Assembly: GCA_964016885.1 (NCBI GenBank)
Contig: OZ024744.1
Coordinates: 5,084,001 to 5,148,000 of the forward strand
Source of the DNA: Eledone cirrhosa
Lineage: Eukaryota
Reading direction: 5' to 3'
DNA: 64,000 nucleotides
The notes under the pieces are model-generated. The model made no database searches. It was given only the letters and a program-made list of their open reading frames with translations, and was not told the origin of the DNA. The position numbers and the translations under genes were made by a program. Of the stretch, positions 37,501 through 50,570 are shown piece after piece (within the stretch, counting starts at the first letter, position 1; the number at the start of each line of letters is the position of its first letter).

Positions 37501-40500
37501 GGTAGACATTGAGGTTGGTAGCAGAGGTCTATCTTGGTAGACAGTGGTGTTGGTAGCAGAGGTTATCTTGGTAGACATTGAGGTTGGTAGCAGAGGTCTA
37601 TCTTGGTAGACAGTGGTGTTGGTAGCAGAGGTCTATGTTGGTAGACAGTGGTGTTGGTAGCAGAGGTCTATCTTGGTAGACAGTGGTGTTGGTAGCAGAG
37701 GTCTATCTTGGTAGACAGTGGTGTTGGTAGCAGAGGTATATCTTGGTAGACAGTGGTGTTGGTAGCAGAATCTATCTTGGTAGACAGTGGTGTTGGTAGC
37801 TGAGGTCTATCTTGGTAGGCAGTGGTGTTGGTAGCAGAGGTCTATCTTGGTAGACAGTGAGGTTGGTAGCAGAGGTCTATCTTCGTAGACAGTGAGGTTG
37901 GTAGCAGAGGTCTATCTTGGTAGACAGTGGTGTTGGTAGCAGAGGTCTATGTTGGTAGACAGTGAGGTTGGTAGCAGAGGTCTATCTTGGTAGACAGTGA
38001 AGTTGGTAGCAGAGGTCTATCTTGGTAGACAGTGAGGGTGGTAACAGAGGTCTATCTTGGTAGACAGTGGTGTTGGTAGCAGAGGTCTATCTTGGTAGAC
38101 AGTGAGGTTGGTAGCAGAGGTCTATCTTGGTAGACAGTGGTGTTGGTAGCAGAGGTCTATCTTGGTAGACAGTGGGGTGGGTAGCAGAGGTCTATCTTGG
38201 TAGACAGTGGTGTTGGTAGCAGAGGTCTATCTTGGTAGACAGTGGTGTTGGTAGCAGAGGTCTATGTTGGTAGACAGTGGTGTTGGTAGCAGAGGTTAAT
38301 CTTGGTAGACAGTGGTGTTGGTAGCAGAGGTCTATCTTGGTAGACAGTGGTGTTGGTAGCAGAGATCTATCTTGGTAGACAGTAGTGTTGGTAGCAGAGG
38401 TCTATGTTGGTAGACAGTGGTGTTTGTAGCAGAGGTCTATGTTGGTAGACAGTGGTGTTGGAAGCAGAGGTCTATCTTAGTAGACAGTGGTGTTGGTACA
38501 TAGGTCTATGTTGGTAGACAGTGAGGTTGGTAGCAGAGGTCTATATTGGTAGACAGTGAGGTTGGTAGCAGAGGTCTATCTTGGTAGACAGTGAGGTTGG
38601 TAGCAGAGCTCTATCTTGGTAGAAAGTGGTGTTGGTAGCAGAGGTCTATGTTGGTAGACAGTGGTGTTGGTAGCAGAGGTTTATCTTGGTAGACAGTGGT
38701 GTTGGTAGCAGAGGTCTATGTTGGTAGACAGTGGTGTTGGTAGCAGAGGTATATCTTGGTAGGCAGTGGTGTTGGTAGCAGAGCTCTATCTTGGTAGACA
38801 GTGGTGTTGGTAGCAGAGGTCTTTCTTGGTAGACAGTGGTGTTGCTAGCAGAGGTCTATGTTGGTAGAAAGTGAGGTTGGTAGCTGAGGTCTATGTTGGT
38901 AGACAGTGGTGTTGGTAGCAGAAGTCTATCTTGGTAGACAGTGAGGTTGGTAGCAGAGGTCTATCTTGGTAGACAGTGGTGTTGGTAGCAGAGGTCTATC
39001 TTGGTAGACAGTGGTGTTGGTAGCAGAGGTCTATCTTGGTAGACAGTGGTGTTGGTAGCAGAGGTCTATCTTGGTAGACAGTGGTGTTGGTAGCAGAGGT
39101 CTATCTTGGTAGACAGTGGTGTTGGTAGCAGAGGTCTATCTTGGTAGACAGTGGTGTTGCTAGCAGAGGTCTATCTTGGTAGACAGTGGTGTTGGTAGCA
39201 AAGGTCTATGTTGGTAGACAGTGAGGTTGGTAGCAGAGGTCTATCTTGGTAGACAGTGAGGGTGCTTGCAGAGGTCTATCTTGGTAGACAGTGGTGTTGG
39301 TAGCAGAGGTCTATCTTGGTAGACAGTGAGGTTGGTATCAGAGGTCTATCTTGGTAGACAGTGAGGTTGGTAGCAGAGGTCTATGTTGGTAGACAGTGGT
39401 GTTGGTAGCATAGGTCTATCTTGGTAGACAGTGGTGTTGGTAGCAGAGGTCTATGTTGGTAGACAGTGGTGTTGGTAGTAGAGGTCTATCTTGCTAGACA
39501 GTGGTGTTGGTAGCAGATGTCTATCTTGGTAGACAGTGGTGTTGGTAGCAGAGGTCTATCTTGGTAGACAGTGGTGTTGGTAGCAGATATCTATCTTGGT
39601 AGACAGTGGTTTTGGTAGCAGAGGTCTATGTTGGTAGACAGTGGTGTTGGTAGCAGAGGTCTATCTTGGTAGTCAGTGGTGTTGGTAGCAGAGGTCTATC
39701 TTGGTAGACAGTGGTGTTGGTAGCAGAGGTCTATCTTGGTAGACAGTGGTGTTGGTAGCAGAGGTCTATGTTGGTAGAAAGTGAGGTTTGTAGCAGAGGT
39801 CTATGTTGGTAGACAGTGGTGTTGGTAGCAGAGGTCTATCTTGGTAGACAGTGGTGTTGGTAGAAGAGGTCTATGTTGGTAGACAGTGAGGTTGGTAGCA
39901 GAGGTCTATCTTGGCAGACAGTGAGGTTGGTAGCAGAGGTCTATGTTGGTAGACAGTGGTGTTGGTAGCAGAGGTCTATGTTGGTAGACAATGGTGTTGC
40001 TAGCAGAGGTCTATCTTGGTAGACAGTGGTGTTGGTAGCAGAGGTCTATCTTGGTAGACAGTGGTTTTGGTAGCAGAGGTCTATATTGGTAGACAGTGGT
40101 GTTGGTAGTAGAGGTCTATCTTGGTAGACAGTGGTGTTGGTAGCAGATGTCTATCTTGGTAGACAGTGGTGTTGGTAGCAGAGGTCTATCTTGGTAGACA
40201 GTGGTGTTGGTAGCAGAGGTCTATCTTGGTAGACAGTGGTGTTGGTAGCAGAGGTCTATCTTGGTAGACAGTGTTGTTGGTAGCAGAGGTCTATCTTGGT
40301 AGACAGTGGTGTTGGTAGCAGACATCTATCTTGGTAGACAGTGGTGTTGGTAGCAGATGTCTATCTTGGTAGACAGTGGTGTTGGTAGCAGAGGTCTATC
40401 TTGGTAGGCAGTGGTGTTGGTAGCAGAGGTCTAACTTGGTAGACAGTGGTGTTGGTAGCAGAGGTCTATGTTGGTAGACAGTGGTGTTGGTAACAGAGGT

Positions 40501-42700
40501 CTATCTTGGTAGACAGTGGTGTTGGAAGCAGAGGTCTATCTTGGTAGACAGTGGTGTTGGTAGCAGAGGTCTATCTTGGTAGACAGTGTTATTGGTAGCA
40601 GAGGTCTATCTTGGTAGACAGTGGTGTTGGTAACAGAGGTCTATCTTGGTAGACAGTGGTGTTGGTAGCAGAAGTATATCTTGGTAGACAGTGATGTTAG
40701 TAGAATAGGTCTATGTTGGTAGAAAGTGAGGTTGGTAGCAGAGGTCTATCTTGGTAGACAGTGGTGTTGGTAGCAGAGGTTTATATTGGTAGACAGTGGT
40801 GTTGGTAGCAGAGGTCTATCTTGGTAGACATTGAGGTTGGTAGCAGAGGTCTATCTTGGTAGACAGTGGTGTTGGTAGCAGAGGTCTATGTTGGTAGACA
40901 GTGGTGTTGGTAGCAGAGGTCTATCTTGGTAGACAGTGGTGTTGGTAGCAGAGGTCTATATTGGTAGACAGTGGTGTTGGTAGCAGAGGTCTATCTTGGT
41001 AGACAGTGAGGTTGGTAGCAGAGGTCTATCTTGGTAGACAGTGAGGTTGGTAGCAGAGGTCTATCTTGGTAGATAGTGGTGTTGGTAGCAGAGGTCTATG
41101 TTGGTAGACAGTGAGGTTGGTAACATAGGTCTATCTTGGTAGACAGTGAGGTTGGTAGCAGAGGTCTATCTTGGTAGACAGTGAGGGTGGTAGCAGAGGT
41201 CTATCTTGGTAGACAGTGGTGTTGGTAGCAGAGGTCTATGTTGGTAGACAGTGGTGTTTTTAGCAGAGGTTAATCTTGGTAGACAGTGGTGTTGGTAGCA
41301 GAGGTCTATCTTGGTAGACAGTGGTGTTGGTAGCAGAGGTCTATCTTGGTAGACAGTGGTGTTGGTAGCAGAGGTCTATCTTGGTAGACAGTGGTGTTGG
41401 TAGCAGAGGTCTATGTTGGTAGACAGTGAGGTTGGTAGCAGAGGTCTATGTTGGTAGACAGTGGTGTTGGTAGCAGAGGTCTATCTTGGTAGACAGTGGT
41501 GTTGGTAGAAGAGGTCTATGTTGGTAGACAGTGAGGTTGGTAGCAGAGGTCTATCTTGGTAGACAGTGAGGTTGGTAGCAGAGGTCTATCTTGGTAGACA
41601 GTGGTGGTGGTAGCAGAGGTCTATCTTGGTAGACAGTGGTGTTGGTAGCCGAGGTCTATCTTGGTAGACAATCAGGGTGGAAGCAGAGGTCTATGTTGGT
41701 AGACAGTGGTGTTGGTAGCAGAGGTCTATGTTGGTAGACAGTGGTGTTGGTAGCAGAGGTCTATCTTGGTAGACAGTGGTGTTGGTAGCAGAGGTCTATC
41801 TTGGTAGATAGTGGTGTTGGTAGCAGAGGTCTATGTTGGTAGACAGTGAGGTTGGTAACATAGGTCTATCTTGGTAGACAGTGAGGTTGGTAGCAGAGGT
41901 CTATCTTGGTAGACAGCGAGGGTGGTAGCAGAGGTCTATCTTGGTAGACAGTGGTGTTGGTAGCAGAGGTCTATGTTGGTAGACAGTGGTGTTTTTAGCA
42001 GAGGTTAATCTTGGTAGACAGTGGTGTTGGTAGCAGAGGTCTATCTTGGTAGACAGTGGTGTTGGTAGCAGAGGTCTATCTTGGTAGACAGTGGTGTTGG
42101 TAGCAGAGGTCTATCTTGGTAGACAGTGGTGTTGGTAGCAGAGGTCTATGTTGGTAGACAGTGAGGTTGGTAGCAGAGGTCTATGTTGGTAGACAGTGGT
42201 GTTGGTAGCAGAGGTCTATCTTGGTAGACAGTGGTGTTGGTAGAAGAGGTCTATGTTGGTAGACAGTGAGGTTGGTAGCAGAGGTCTATCTTGGTAGACA
42301 GTGAGGTTGGTAGCAGAGGTCTATCTTGGTAGACAGTGGTGGTGGTAGCAGAGGTCTATCTTGGTAGACAGTGGTGTTGGTAGCCGAGGTCTATCTTGGT
42401 AGACAATCAGGGTGGTAGCAGAGGTCTATGTTGGTAGACAGTGGTGTTGGTAGCAGAGGTCTATGTTGGTAGACAGTGGTGTTGGTAGCAGAGGTCTATC
42501 TTGGTAGACAGTGGTGTTGGTAGCAGAGGTCTATCTTGGTAGACAGTGGTGTTGGTAGCCGAGGTCTATCTTGGTAGACAATCAGGGTGGTAGCAGAGGT
42601 CTATGTTGGTAGACAGTGGTGTTGGTAGCAGAGGTCTATGTTGGTAGACAGTGGTGTTGGTAGCAGAGGTCTATCTTGGTAGACAGTGGTGTTGGTAGCA
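33335..42700. repeat. Long-range copy of window 1..~9350 (offset ~33.3 kb)
   Basis: Markers at 51/33385 and 1486/34820 give offset 33334. GCTCTACCTT (~2831/~36165) and the GAATCT deletion cluster (3490-3670 / 36825-37005) are shared. Confidence 0.9.
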
Positions 42701-45700
42701 GAGGTATATCTTGGTAGACAGTGGTGTTGGTAGCAGAGGTTATCTTGGTAGACATTGAGGTTGGTAGCAGAGGTCTATCTTGGTAGACAGTGGTGTTGGT
42801 AGCAGAGGTCTATGTTGGTAGACAGTGGTGTTGGTAGCAGAGGTCTATCTTGGTAGACAGTGGTGTTGGTAGCAGAGGTCTATCTTGGTAGACAGTGGTG
42901 TTGGTAGCAGAGGTATATCTTGGTAGACAGTGGTGTTGGTAGCAGAATCTATCTTGGTAGACAGTGGTGTTGGTAGCTGAGGTCTATCTTGGTAGGCAGT
43001 GGTGTTGGTAGCAGAGGTCTATCTTGGTAGACAGTGAGGTTGGTAGCAGAGGTCTATCTTCGTAGACAGTGAGGTTGGTAGCAGAGGTCTATCTTGGTAG
43101 ACAGTGGTGTTGGTAGCAGAGGTCTATGTTGGTAGACAGTGAGGTTGGTAGCAGAGGTCTATCTTGGTAGACAGTGAAGTTGGTAGCAGAGGTCTATCTT
43201 GGTAGACAGTGAGGGTGGTAACAGAGGTCTATCTTGGTAGACAGTGGTGTTGGTAGCAGAGGTCTATCTTGGTAGACAGTGAGGTTGGTAGCAGAGGTCT
43301 ATCTTGGTAGACAGTGGTGTTGGTAGCAGAGGTCTATCTTGGTAGACAGTGGGGTGGGTAGCAGAGGTCTATCTTGGTAGACAGTGGTGTTGGTAGCAGA
43401 GGTCTATCTTGGTAGACAGTGGTGTTGGTAGCAGAGGTCTATGTTGGTAGACAGTGGTGTTGGTAGCAGAGGTTAATCTTGGTAGACAGTGGTGTTGGTA
43501 GCAGAGGTCTATCTTGGTAGACAGTGGTGTTGGTAGCAGAGATCTATCTTGGTAGACAGTAGTGTTGGTAGCAGAGGTCTATGTTGGTAGACAGTGGTGT
43601 TTGTAGCAGAGGTCTATGTTGGTAGACAGTGGTGTTGGAAGCAGAGGTCTATCTTAGTAGACAGTGGTGTTGGTACATAGGTCTATGTTGGTAGACAGTG
43701 AGGTTGGTAGCAGAGGTCTATATTGGTAGACAGTGAGGTTGGTAGCAGAGGTCTATCTTGGTAGACAGTGAGGTTGGTAGCAGAGCTCTATCTTGGTAGA
43801 AAGTGGTGTTGGTAGCAGAGGTCTATGTTGGTAGACAGTGGTGTTGGTAGCAGAGGTTTATCTTGGTAGACAGTGGTGTTGGTAGCAGAGGTCTATGTTG
43901 GTAGACAGTGGTGTTGGTAGCAGAGGTATATCTTGGTAGGCAGTGGTGTTGGTAGCAGAGCTCTATCTTGGTAGACAGTGGTGTTGGTAGCAGAGGTCTT
44001 TCTTGGTAGACAGTGGTGTTGCTAGCAGAGGTCTATGTTGGTAGAAAGTGAGGTTGGTAGCTGAGGTCTATGTTGGTAGACAGTGGTGTTGGTAGCAGAA
44101 GTCTATCTTGGTAGACAGTGAGGTTGGTAGCAGAGGTCTATCTTGGTAGACAGTGGTGTTGGTAGCAGAGGTCTATCTTGGTAGACAGTGGTGTTGGTAG
44201 CAGAGGTCTATCTTGGTAGACAGTGGTGTTGGTAGCAGAGGTCTATCTTGGTAGACAGTGGTGTTGGTAGCAGAGGTCTATCTTGGTAGACAGTGGTGTT
44301 GGTAGCAGAGGTCTATCTTGGTAGACAGTGGTGTTGCTAGCAGAGGTCTATCTTGGTAGACAGTGGTGTTGGTAGCAAAGGTCTATGTTGGTAGACAGTG
44401 AGGTTGGTAGCAGAGGTCTATCTTGGTAGACAGTGAGGGTGCTTGCAGAGGTCTATCTTGGTAGACAGTGGTGTTGGTAGCAGAGGTCTATCTTGGTAGA
44501 CAGTGAGGTTGGTATCAGAGGTCTATCTTGGTAGACAGTGAGGTTGGTAGCAGAGGTCTATGTTGGTAGACAGTGGTGTTGGTAGCATAGGTCTATCTTG
44601 GTAGACAGTGGTGTTGGTAGCAGAGGTCTATGTTGGTAGACAGTGGTGTTGGTAGTAGAGGTCTATCTTGCTAGACAGTGGTGTTGGTAGCAGATGTCTA
44701 TCTTGGTAGACAGTGGTGTTGGTAGCAGAGGTCTATCTTGGTAGACAGTGGTGTTGGTAGCAGATATCTATCTTGGTAGACAGTGGTTTTGGTAGCAGAG
44801 GTCTATGTTGGTAGACAGTGGTGTTGGTAGCAGAGGTCTATCTTGGTAGTCAGTGGTGTTGGTAGCAGAGGTCTATCTTGGTAGACAGTGGTGTTGGTAG
44901 CAGAGGTCTATCTTGGTAGACAGTGGTGTTGGTAGCAGAGGTCTATGTTGGTAGAAAGTGAGGTTTGTAGCAGAGGTCTATGTTGGTAGACAGTGGTGTT
45001 GGTAGCAGAGGTCTATCTTGGTAGACAGTGGTGTTGGTAGAAGTGGTCTATGTTGGTAGACAGTGAGGTTGGTAGCAGAGGTCTATCTTGGCAGACAGTG
45101 AGGTTGGTAGCAGAGGTCTATGTTGGTAGACAGTGGTGTTGGTAGCAGAGGTCTATGTTGGTAGACAATGGTGTTGCTAGCAGAGGTCTATCTTGGTAGA
45201 CAGTGGTGTTGGTAGCAGAGGTCTATCTTGGTAGACAGTGGTTTTGGTAGCAGAGGTCTATATTGGTAGACAGTGGTGTTGGTAGTAGAGGTCTATCTTG
45301 GTAGACAGTGGTGTTGGTAGCAGATGTCTATCTTGGTAGACAGTGGTGTTGGTAGCAGAGGTCTATCTTGGTAGACAGTGGTGTTGGTAGCAGAGGTCTA
45401 TCTTGGTAGACAGTGGTGTTGGTAGCAGAGGTCTATCTTGGTAGACAGTGTTGTTGGTAGCAGAGGTCTATCTTGGTAGACAGTGGTGTTGGTAGCAGAC
45501 ATCTATCTTGGTAGACAGTGGTGTTGGTAGCAGATGTCTATCTTGGTAGACAGTGGTGTTGGTAGCAGAGGTCTATCTTGGTAGGCAGTGGTGTTGGTAG
45601 CAGAGGTCTAACTTGGTAGACAGTGGTGTTGGTAGCAGAGGTCTATGTTGGTAGACAGTGGTGTTGGTAACAGAGGTCTATCTTGGTAGACAGTGGTGTT

Positions 45701-47880
45701 GGAAGCAGAGGTCTATCTTGGTAGACAGTGGTGTTGGTAGCAGAGGTCTATCTTGGTAGACAGTGTTATTGGTAGCAGAGGTCTATCTTGGTAGACAGTG
45801 GTGTTGGTAACAGAGGTCTATCTTGGTAGACAGTGGTGTTGGTAGCAGAAGTATATCTTGGTAGACAGTGATGTTAGTAGAATAGGTCTATGTTGGTAGA
45901 AAGTGAGGTTGGTAGCAGAGGTCTATCTTGGTAGACAGTGGTGTTGGTAGCAGAGGTTTATATTGGTAGACAGTGGTGTTGGTAGCAGAGGTCTATCTTG
46001 GTAGACATTGAGGTTGGTAGCAGAGGTCTATCTTGGTAGACAGTGGTGTTGGTAGCAGAGGTCTATGTTGGTAGACAGTGGTGTTGGTAGCAGAGGTCTA
46101 TCTTGGTAGACAGTGGTGTTGGTAGCAGAGGTCTATATTGGTAGACAGTGGTGTTGGTAGCAGAGGTCTATCTTGGTAGACAGTGAGGTTGGTAGCAGAG
46201 GTCTATCTTGGTAGACAGTGAGGTTGGTAGCAGAGGTCTATCTTGGTAGATAGTGGTGTTGGTAGCAGAGGTCTATGTTGGTAGACAGTGAGGTTGGTAA
46301 CATAGGTCTATCTTGGTAGACAGTGAGGTTGGTAGCAGAGGTCTATCTTGGTAGACAGTGAGGGTGGTAGCAGAGGTCTATCTTGGTAGACAGTGGTGTT
46401 GGTAGCAGAGGTCTATGTTGGTAGACAGTGGTGTTTTTAGCAGAGGTTAATCTTGGTAGACAGTGGTGTTGGTAGCAGAGGTCTATCTTGGTAGACAGTG
46501 GTGTTGGTAGCAGAGGTCTATCTTGGTAGACAGTGGTGTTGGTAGCAGAGGTCTATCTTGGTAGACAGTGGTGTTGGTAGCAGAGGTCTATGTTGGTAGA
46601 CAGTGAGGTTGGTAGCAGAGGTCTATGTTGGTAGACAGTGGTGTTGGTAGCAGAGGTCTATCTTGGTAGACAGTGGTGTTGGTAGAAGAGGTCTATGTTG
46701 GTAGACAGTGAGGTTGGTAGCAGAGGTCTATCTTGGTAGACAGTGAGGTTGGTAGCAGAGGTCTATCTTGGTAGACAGTGGTGGTGGTAGCAGAGGTCTA
46801 TCTTGGTAGACAGTGGTGTTGGTAGCCGAGGTCTATCTTGGTAGACAATCAGGGTGGTAGCAGAGGTCTATGTTGGTAGACAGTGGTGTTGGTAGCAGAG
46901 GTCTATGTTGGTAGACAGTGGTGTTGGTAGCAGAGGTCTATCTTGGTAGACAGTGGTGTTGGTAGCAGAGGTCTATCTTGGTAGATAGTGGTGTTGGTAG
47001 CAGAGGTCTATGTTGGTAGACAGTGAGGTTGGTAACATAGGTCTATCTTGGTAGACAGTGAGGTTGGTAGCAGAGGTCTATCTTGGTAGACAGTGAGGGT
47101 GGTAGCAGAGGTCTATCTTGGTAGACAGTGGTGTTGGTAGCAGAGGTCTATGTTGGTAGACAGTGGTGTGTTTAGCAGAGGTTAATCTTGGTAGACAGTG
47201 GTGTTGGTAGCAGAGGTCTATCTTGGTAGACAGTGGTGTTGGTAGCAGAGGTCTATCTTGGTAGACAGTGGTGTTGGTAGCAGAGGTCTATCTTGGTAGA
47301 CAGTGGTGTTGGTAGCAGAGGTCTATGTTGGTAGACAGTGAGGTTGGTAGCAGAGGTCTATGTTGGTAGACAGTGGTGTTGGTAGCAGAGGTCTATCTTG
47401 GTAGACAGTGGTGTTGGTAGAAGAGGTCTATGTTGGTAGACAGTGAGGTTGGTAGCAGAGGTCTATCTTGGTAGACAGTGAGGTTGGTAGCAGAGGTCTA
47501 TCTTGGTAGACAGTGGTGGTGGTAGCAGAGGTCTATCTTGGTAGACAGTGGTGTTGGTAGCCGAGGTCTATCTTGGTAGACAATCAGGGTGGTAGCAGAG
47601 GTCTATGTTGGTAGACAGTGGTGTTGGTAGCAGAGGTCTATGTTGGTAGACAGTGGTGTTGGTAGCAGAGGTCTATCTTGGTAGACAGTGGTGTTGGTAG
47701 CAGAGGTCTATCTTGGTAGACAGTGGTGTTGGTAGCCGAGGTCTATCTTGGTAGACAATCAGGGTGGTAGCAGAGGTCTATGTTGGTAGACAGTGGTGTT
47801 GGTAGCAGAGGTCTATGTTGGTAGACAGTGGTGTTGGTAGCAGAGGTCTATCTTGGTAGACAGTGGTGTTGGTAGCAGAG
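37550..47880. repeat. ~5.18-kb direct tandem duplication (~37550-42725 and ~42726-47880)
   Basis: GGGGTGGGTAG at 38174/43351, GAGGGTGCTTGC at 39258/44435 and GATGTTAGTAGAATAGG at 40693/45870 all give offset 5177. Confidence 0.92.
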
Positions 47881-50570
47881 GTCTATCTTGGTAGACAGTG
47901 CTTTTGGTAGCAGAGGTCTATATTGGTAGACAGTGGTGTTGGTAGTAGAGGTATATCTTGGTAGACAGTGGTGTTGGTAGCAGATGTCTATCTTGGTAGA
48001 CAGTGGTGTTGGTAGCAGAGGTCTATCTTGGTAGACAGTGGTGTTGGTAGCAGAGGTATATCTTGGTAGACAGTGAGGTTGGTAGCAGAGGTCTATCTTG
48101 GTAGACAGTGGTGTTGGTAGCAGAGGTCTATCTTAGTAGACAGTGGTGTTGGTAGCAGATGTCTATCTTGGTAGACAGTGAGGTTGGTAGTAGAGGTCTA
48201 TGTTGGTAGACAGTGGTGTTGGTAGCAGAGGTCTATCTTGGTAGACAGTGGTGTTGGTAGCAGAGGTCTATCTTGGTAGACAGTGGTGTTGGTAGCAGAG
48301 GTCTATGTTGGTAGACAGTGGTGGTGGTAGCAAGGTCTATCTTGGTAGACAGTGGTGTTGGTAGCAGAGGTCTATCTTGGTAGACAGTGTTGTTGGAAGC
48401 AGAGGTCTATCTTGGTAGACAGTGGTGTTGGTAGCAGACATCTATCTTGGTAGACAGTGGTGTTGGTAACAGATGTCTATCTTGGTAGACAGTGGTGTTG
48501 GTAGCAGACATCTATCTTGGTAGGCAGTGGTGTTGGTAGCAGAGGTCTATCTTGGTAGACAGTGGTGTTGGTAGCAGAGGTCTATCTTGGTAGACAGTGG
48601 TGTTGGTAGCAGAGGTCTATCTTGGTAGACAGTGGTGTTGGAAGCAGAGGTCTATCTTGGTTGACAGTGGTGTTGGTAGCAGAGGTCTATCTTGGTTGAC
48701 AGTGGTATTTGTATCAGAGGTCTATCTTAGTAGACAGTGGTGTTGGTAACAGAGGTCTATCTTGGTAGACAGTGGTGTTGGTAGCAGAGGTATATCTTGG
48801 TAGACAGTGGTGTTGGTAGCAGAGGTCTATCTTGGTTGACAGTGGTATTGGTAGCAGAGGTCTATCTTAGTAGACAGTGGTGTTGGTAACAGAGGTCTAT
48901 CTTGGTAGACAGTGGTGTTGGTAGCAGAGGTATATCTTGGTAGACAGTGGTGTTGGTAGCAGAATCTATCTTGGTAGACAGTGGTGTTGGTCGCAGAGGT
49001 CTATCTTGGTAGACAGTGAGGTTGGTAGCAGAGGTCTATCTTGGTAGACAGTGGTGTTGGTAGCAGAGGTCTATCTTGGTAGACAGTGATGTTGGTAGAA
49101 GAGGTCTATGTTGGTAGAAAGTGAGGTTGGTAGCAGAGGTCTATCTTGGTAGACAGCGGTGTTGGTAGCAGAGGTTTATATTGGTAGACAGTGGTGTTGG
49201 TAGCAGAGGTTTATCTTGGTAGACATTGAGGTTGGTAGCAGAGGTCTATCTTGGTAGACAGTGGTGTTGGTAGCAGAGGTCTATGTTGGTAGACAGTGGT
49301 GTTGGTAGCAGAGGTCTATCTTGGTAGACAGTGGTGTTGGTAGCAGATGTCTATATTGGTAGACAGTGGTGTTGGTAGCAGAGGTCTATCTTGGTAGACA
49401 GTGAGGTTGGTAGCAGAGGTCTATCTTCGTAGACAGTGAGGTTGGTAGCAGAGGTCTATCTTGGTAGACAGTGGTGTTGGTAGCAGAGGTCTATGTTGGT
49501 AGACAGTGAGGTTGGTAGCAGAGGTCTATCTTGGTAGACAGTGAAGTTGGTAGCAGAGGTCTATCTTGGTAGACAGTGAGGGTGGTAGCAGAGGTCTATC
49601 TTGGTAGACAGTGGTGTTCGTAGCAGAGGTCTATCTTGGTAGACAGTGGTGTTGGTAGCAGAGGTCTATCTTGGTAGACAGTGAGGTTGGTAGCAGAGGT
49701 CTATCTTGGTAGACAGTGGTGTTGGTAGCAGAGGTCTATCTTGGTAGACAGTGGGGTGGGTAGCAGAGGTCTATCTTGGTAGACAGTGGTGTTGGTAGCA
49801 GAGGTCTATCTTGGTAGACAGTGGTGTTGGTAGCAGAGGTCTATGTTGGTAGACAGTGGTGTTGGTAGCAGAGGTTAATCTTGGTAGACAGTGGTGTTGG
49901 TAGCAGAGGTCTATCTTGGTAGACAGTGGTGTTGGTAGCATAGATCCATCTTGGTAGACAGTAGTGTTGGTAGCAGAGGTCTATGTTGGTAGACAGTGGT
50001 GTTTGTAGCAGAGGTCTATGTTGGTAGACAGTGGTGTTGGAAGCAGAGGTCTATCTTAGTAGACAGTGGTGTGGTACATAGGTCTATGTTGGTAGACAGT
50101 GAGGTTGGTAGCAGAGGTCTATATTGGTAGACAGTGAGGTTGGTAGCAGAGGTCTATCTTGGTAGACAGTGAGGTTGGTAGCAGAGCTCTATCTTGGTAG
50201 AAAGTGGTGTTGGTAGCAGAGGTCTATGTTGGTAGACAGTGGTGTTGGTAGCAGAGGTTTATCTTGGTAGACAGTGGTGTTGGTAGCAGAGGTCTATCTT
50301 GGTAGACAGTGGTGTTGGTAGCAGAGGTATATCTTGGTAGGCAGTGGTGTTGGTAGCAGAGCTCTATCTTGGTAGACAGTGGTGTTGGTAGCAGAGGTCT
50401 TTCTTGGTAGACAGTGGTGTTGCTAGCAGAGGTCTATGTTGGTAGAAAGTGAGGTTGGTAGCTGAGATCTATGTTGGTAGACAGTGGTGTTGGTAGCAGA
50501 AGTCTATCTTGGTAGACAGTGAGGTTGGTAGCAGAGGTCTATCTTGGTAGACAGTGGTGTTGGTAGCAGA
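42730..50570. repeat. Long-range copy of ~4250-12080 (offset ~38.4-38.5 kb)
   Basis: TAGATCCATC at 11430 and 49941 (offset 38511), the double-deletion monomer GGTGTGGTACATAG at ~11557 and ~50068, and GACAGCGG at ~10641 and ~49152. Confidence 0.9.
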
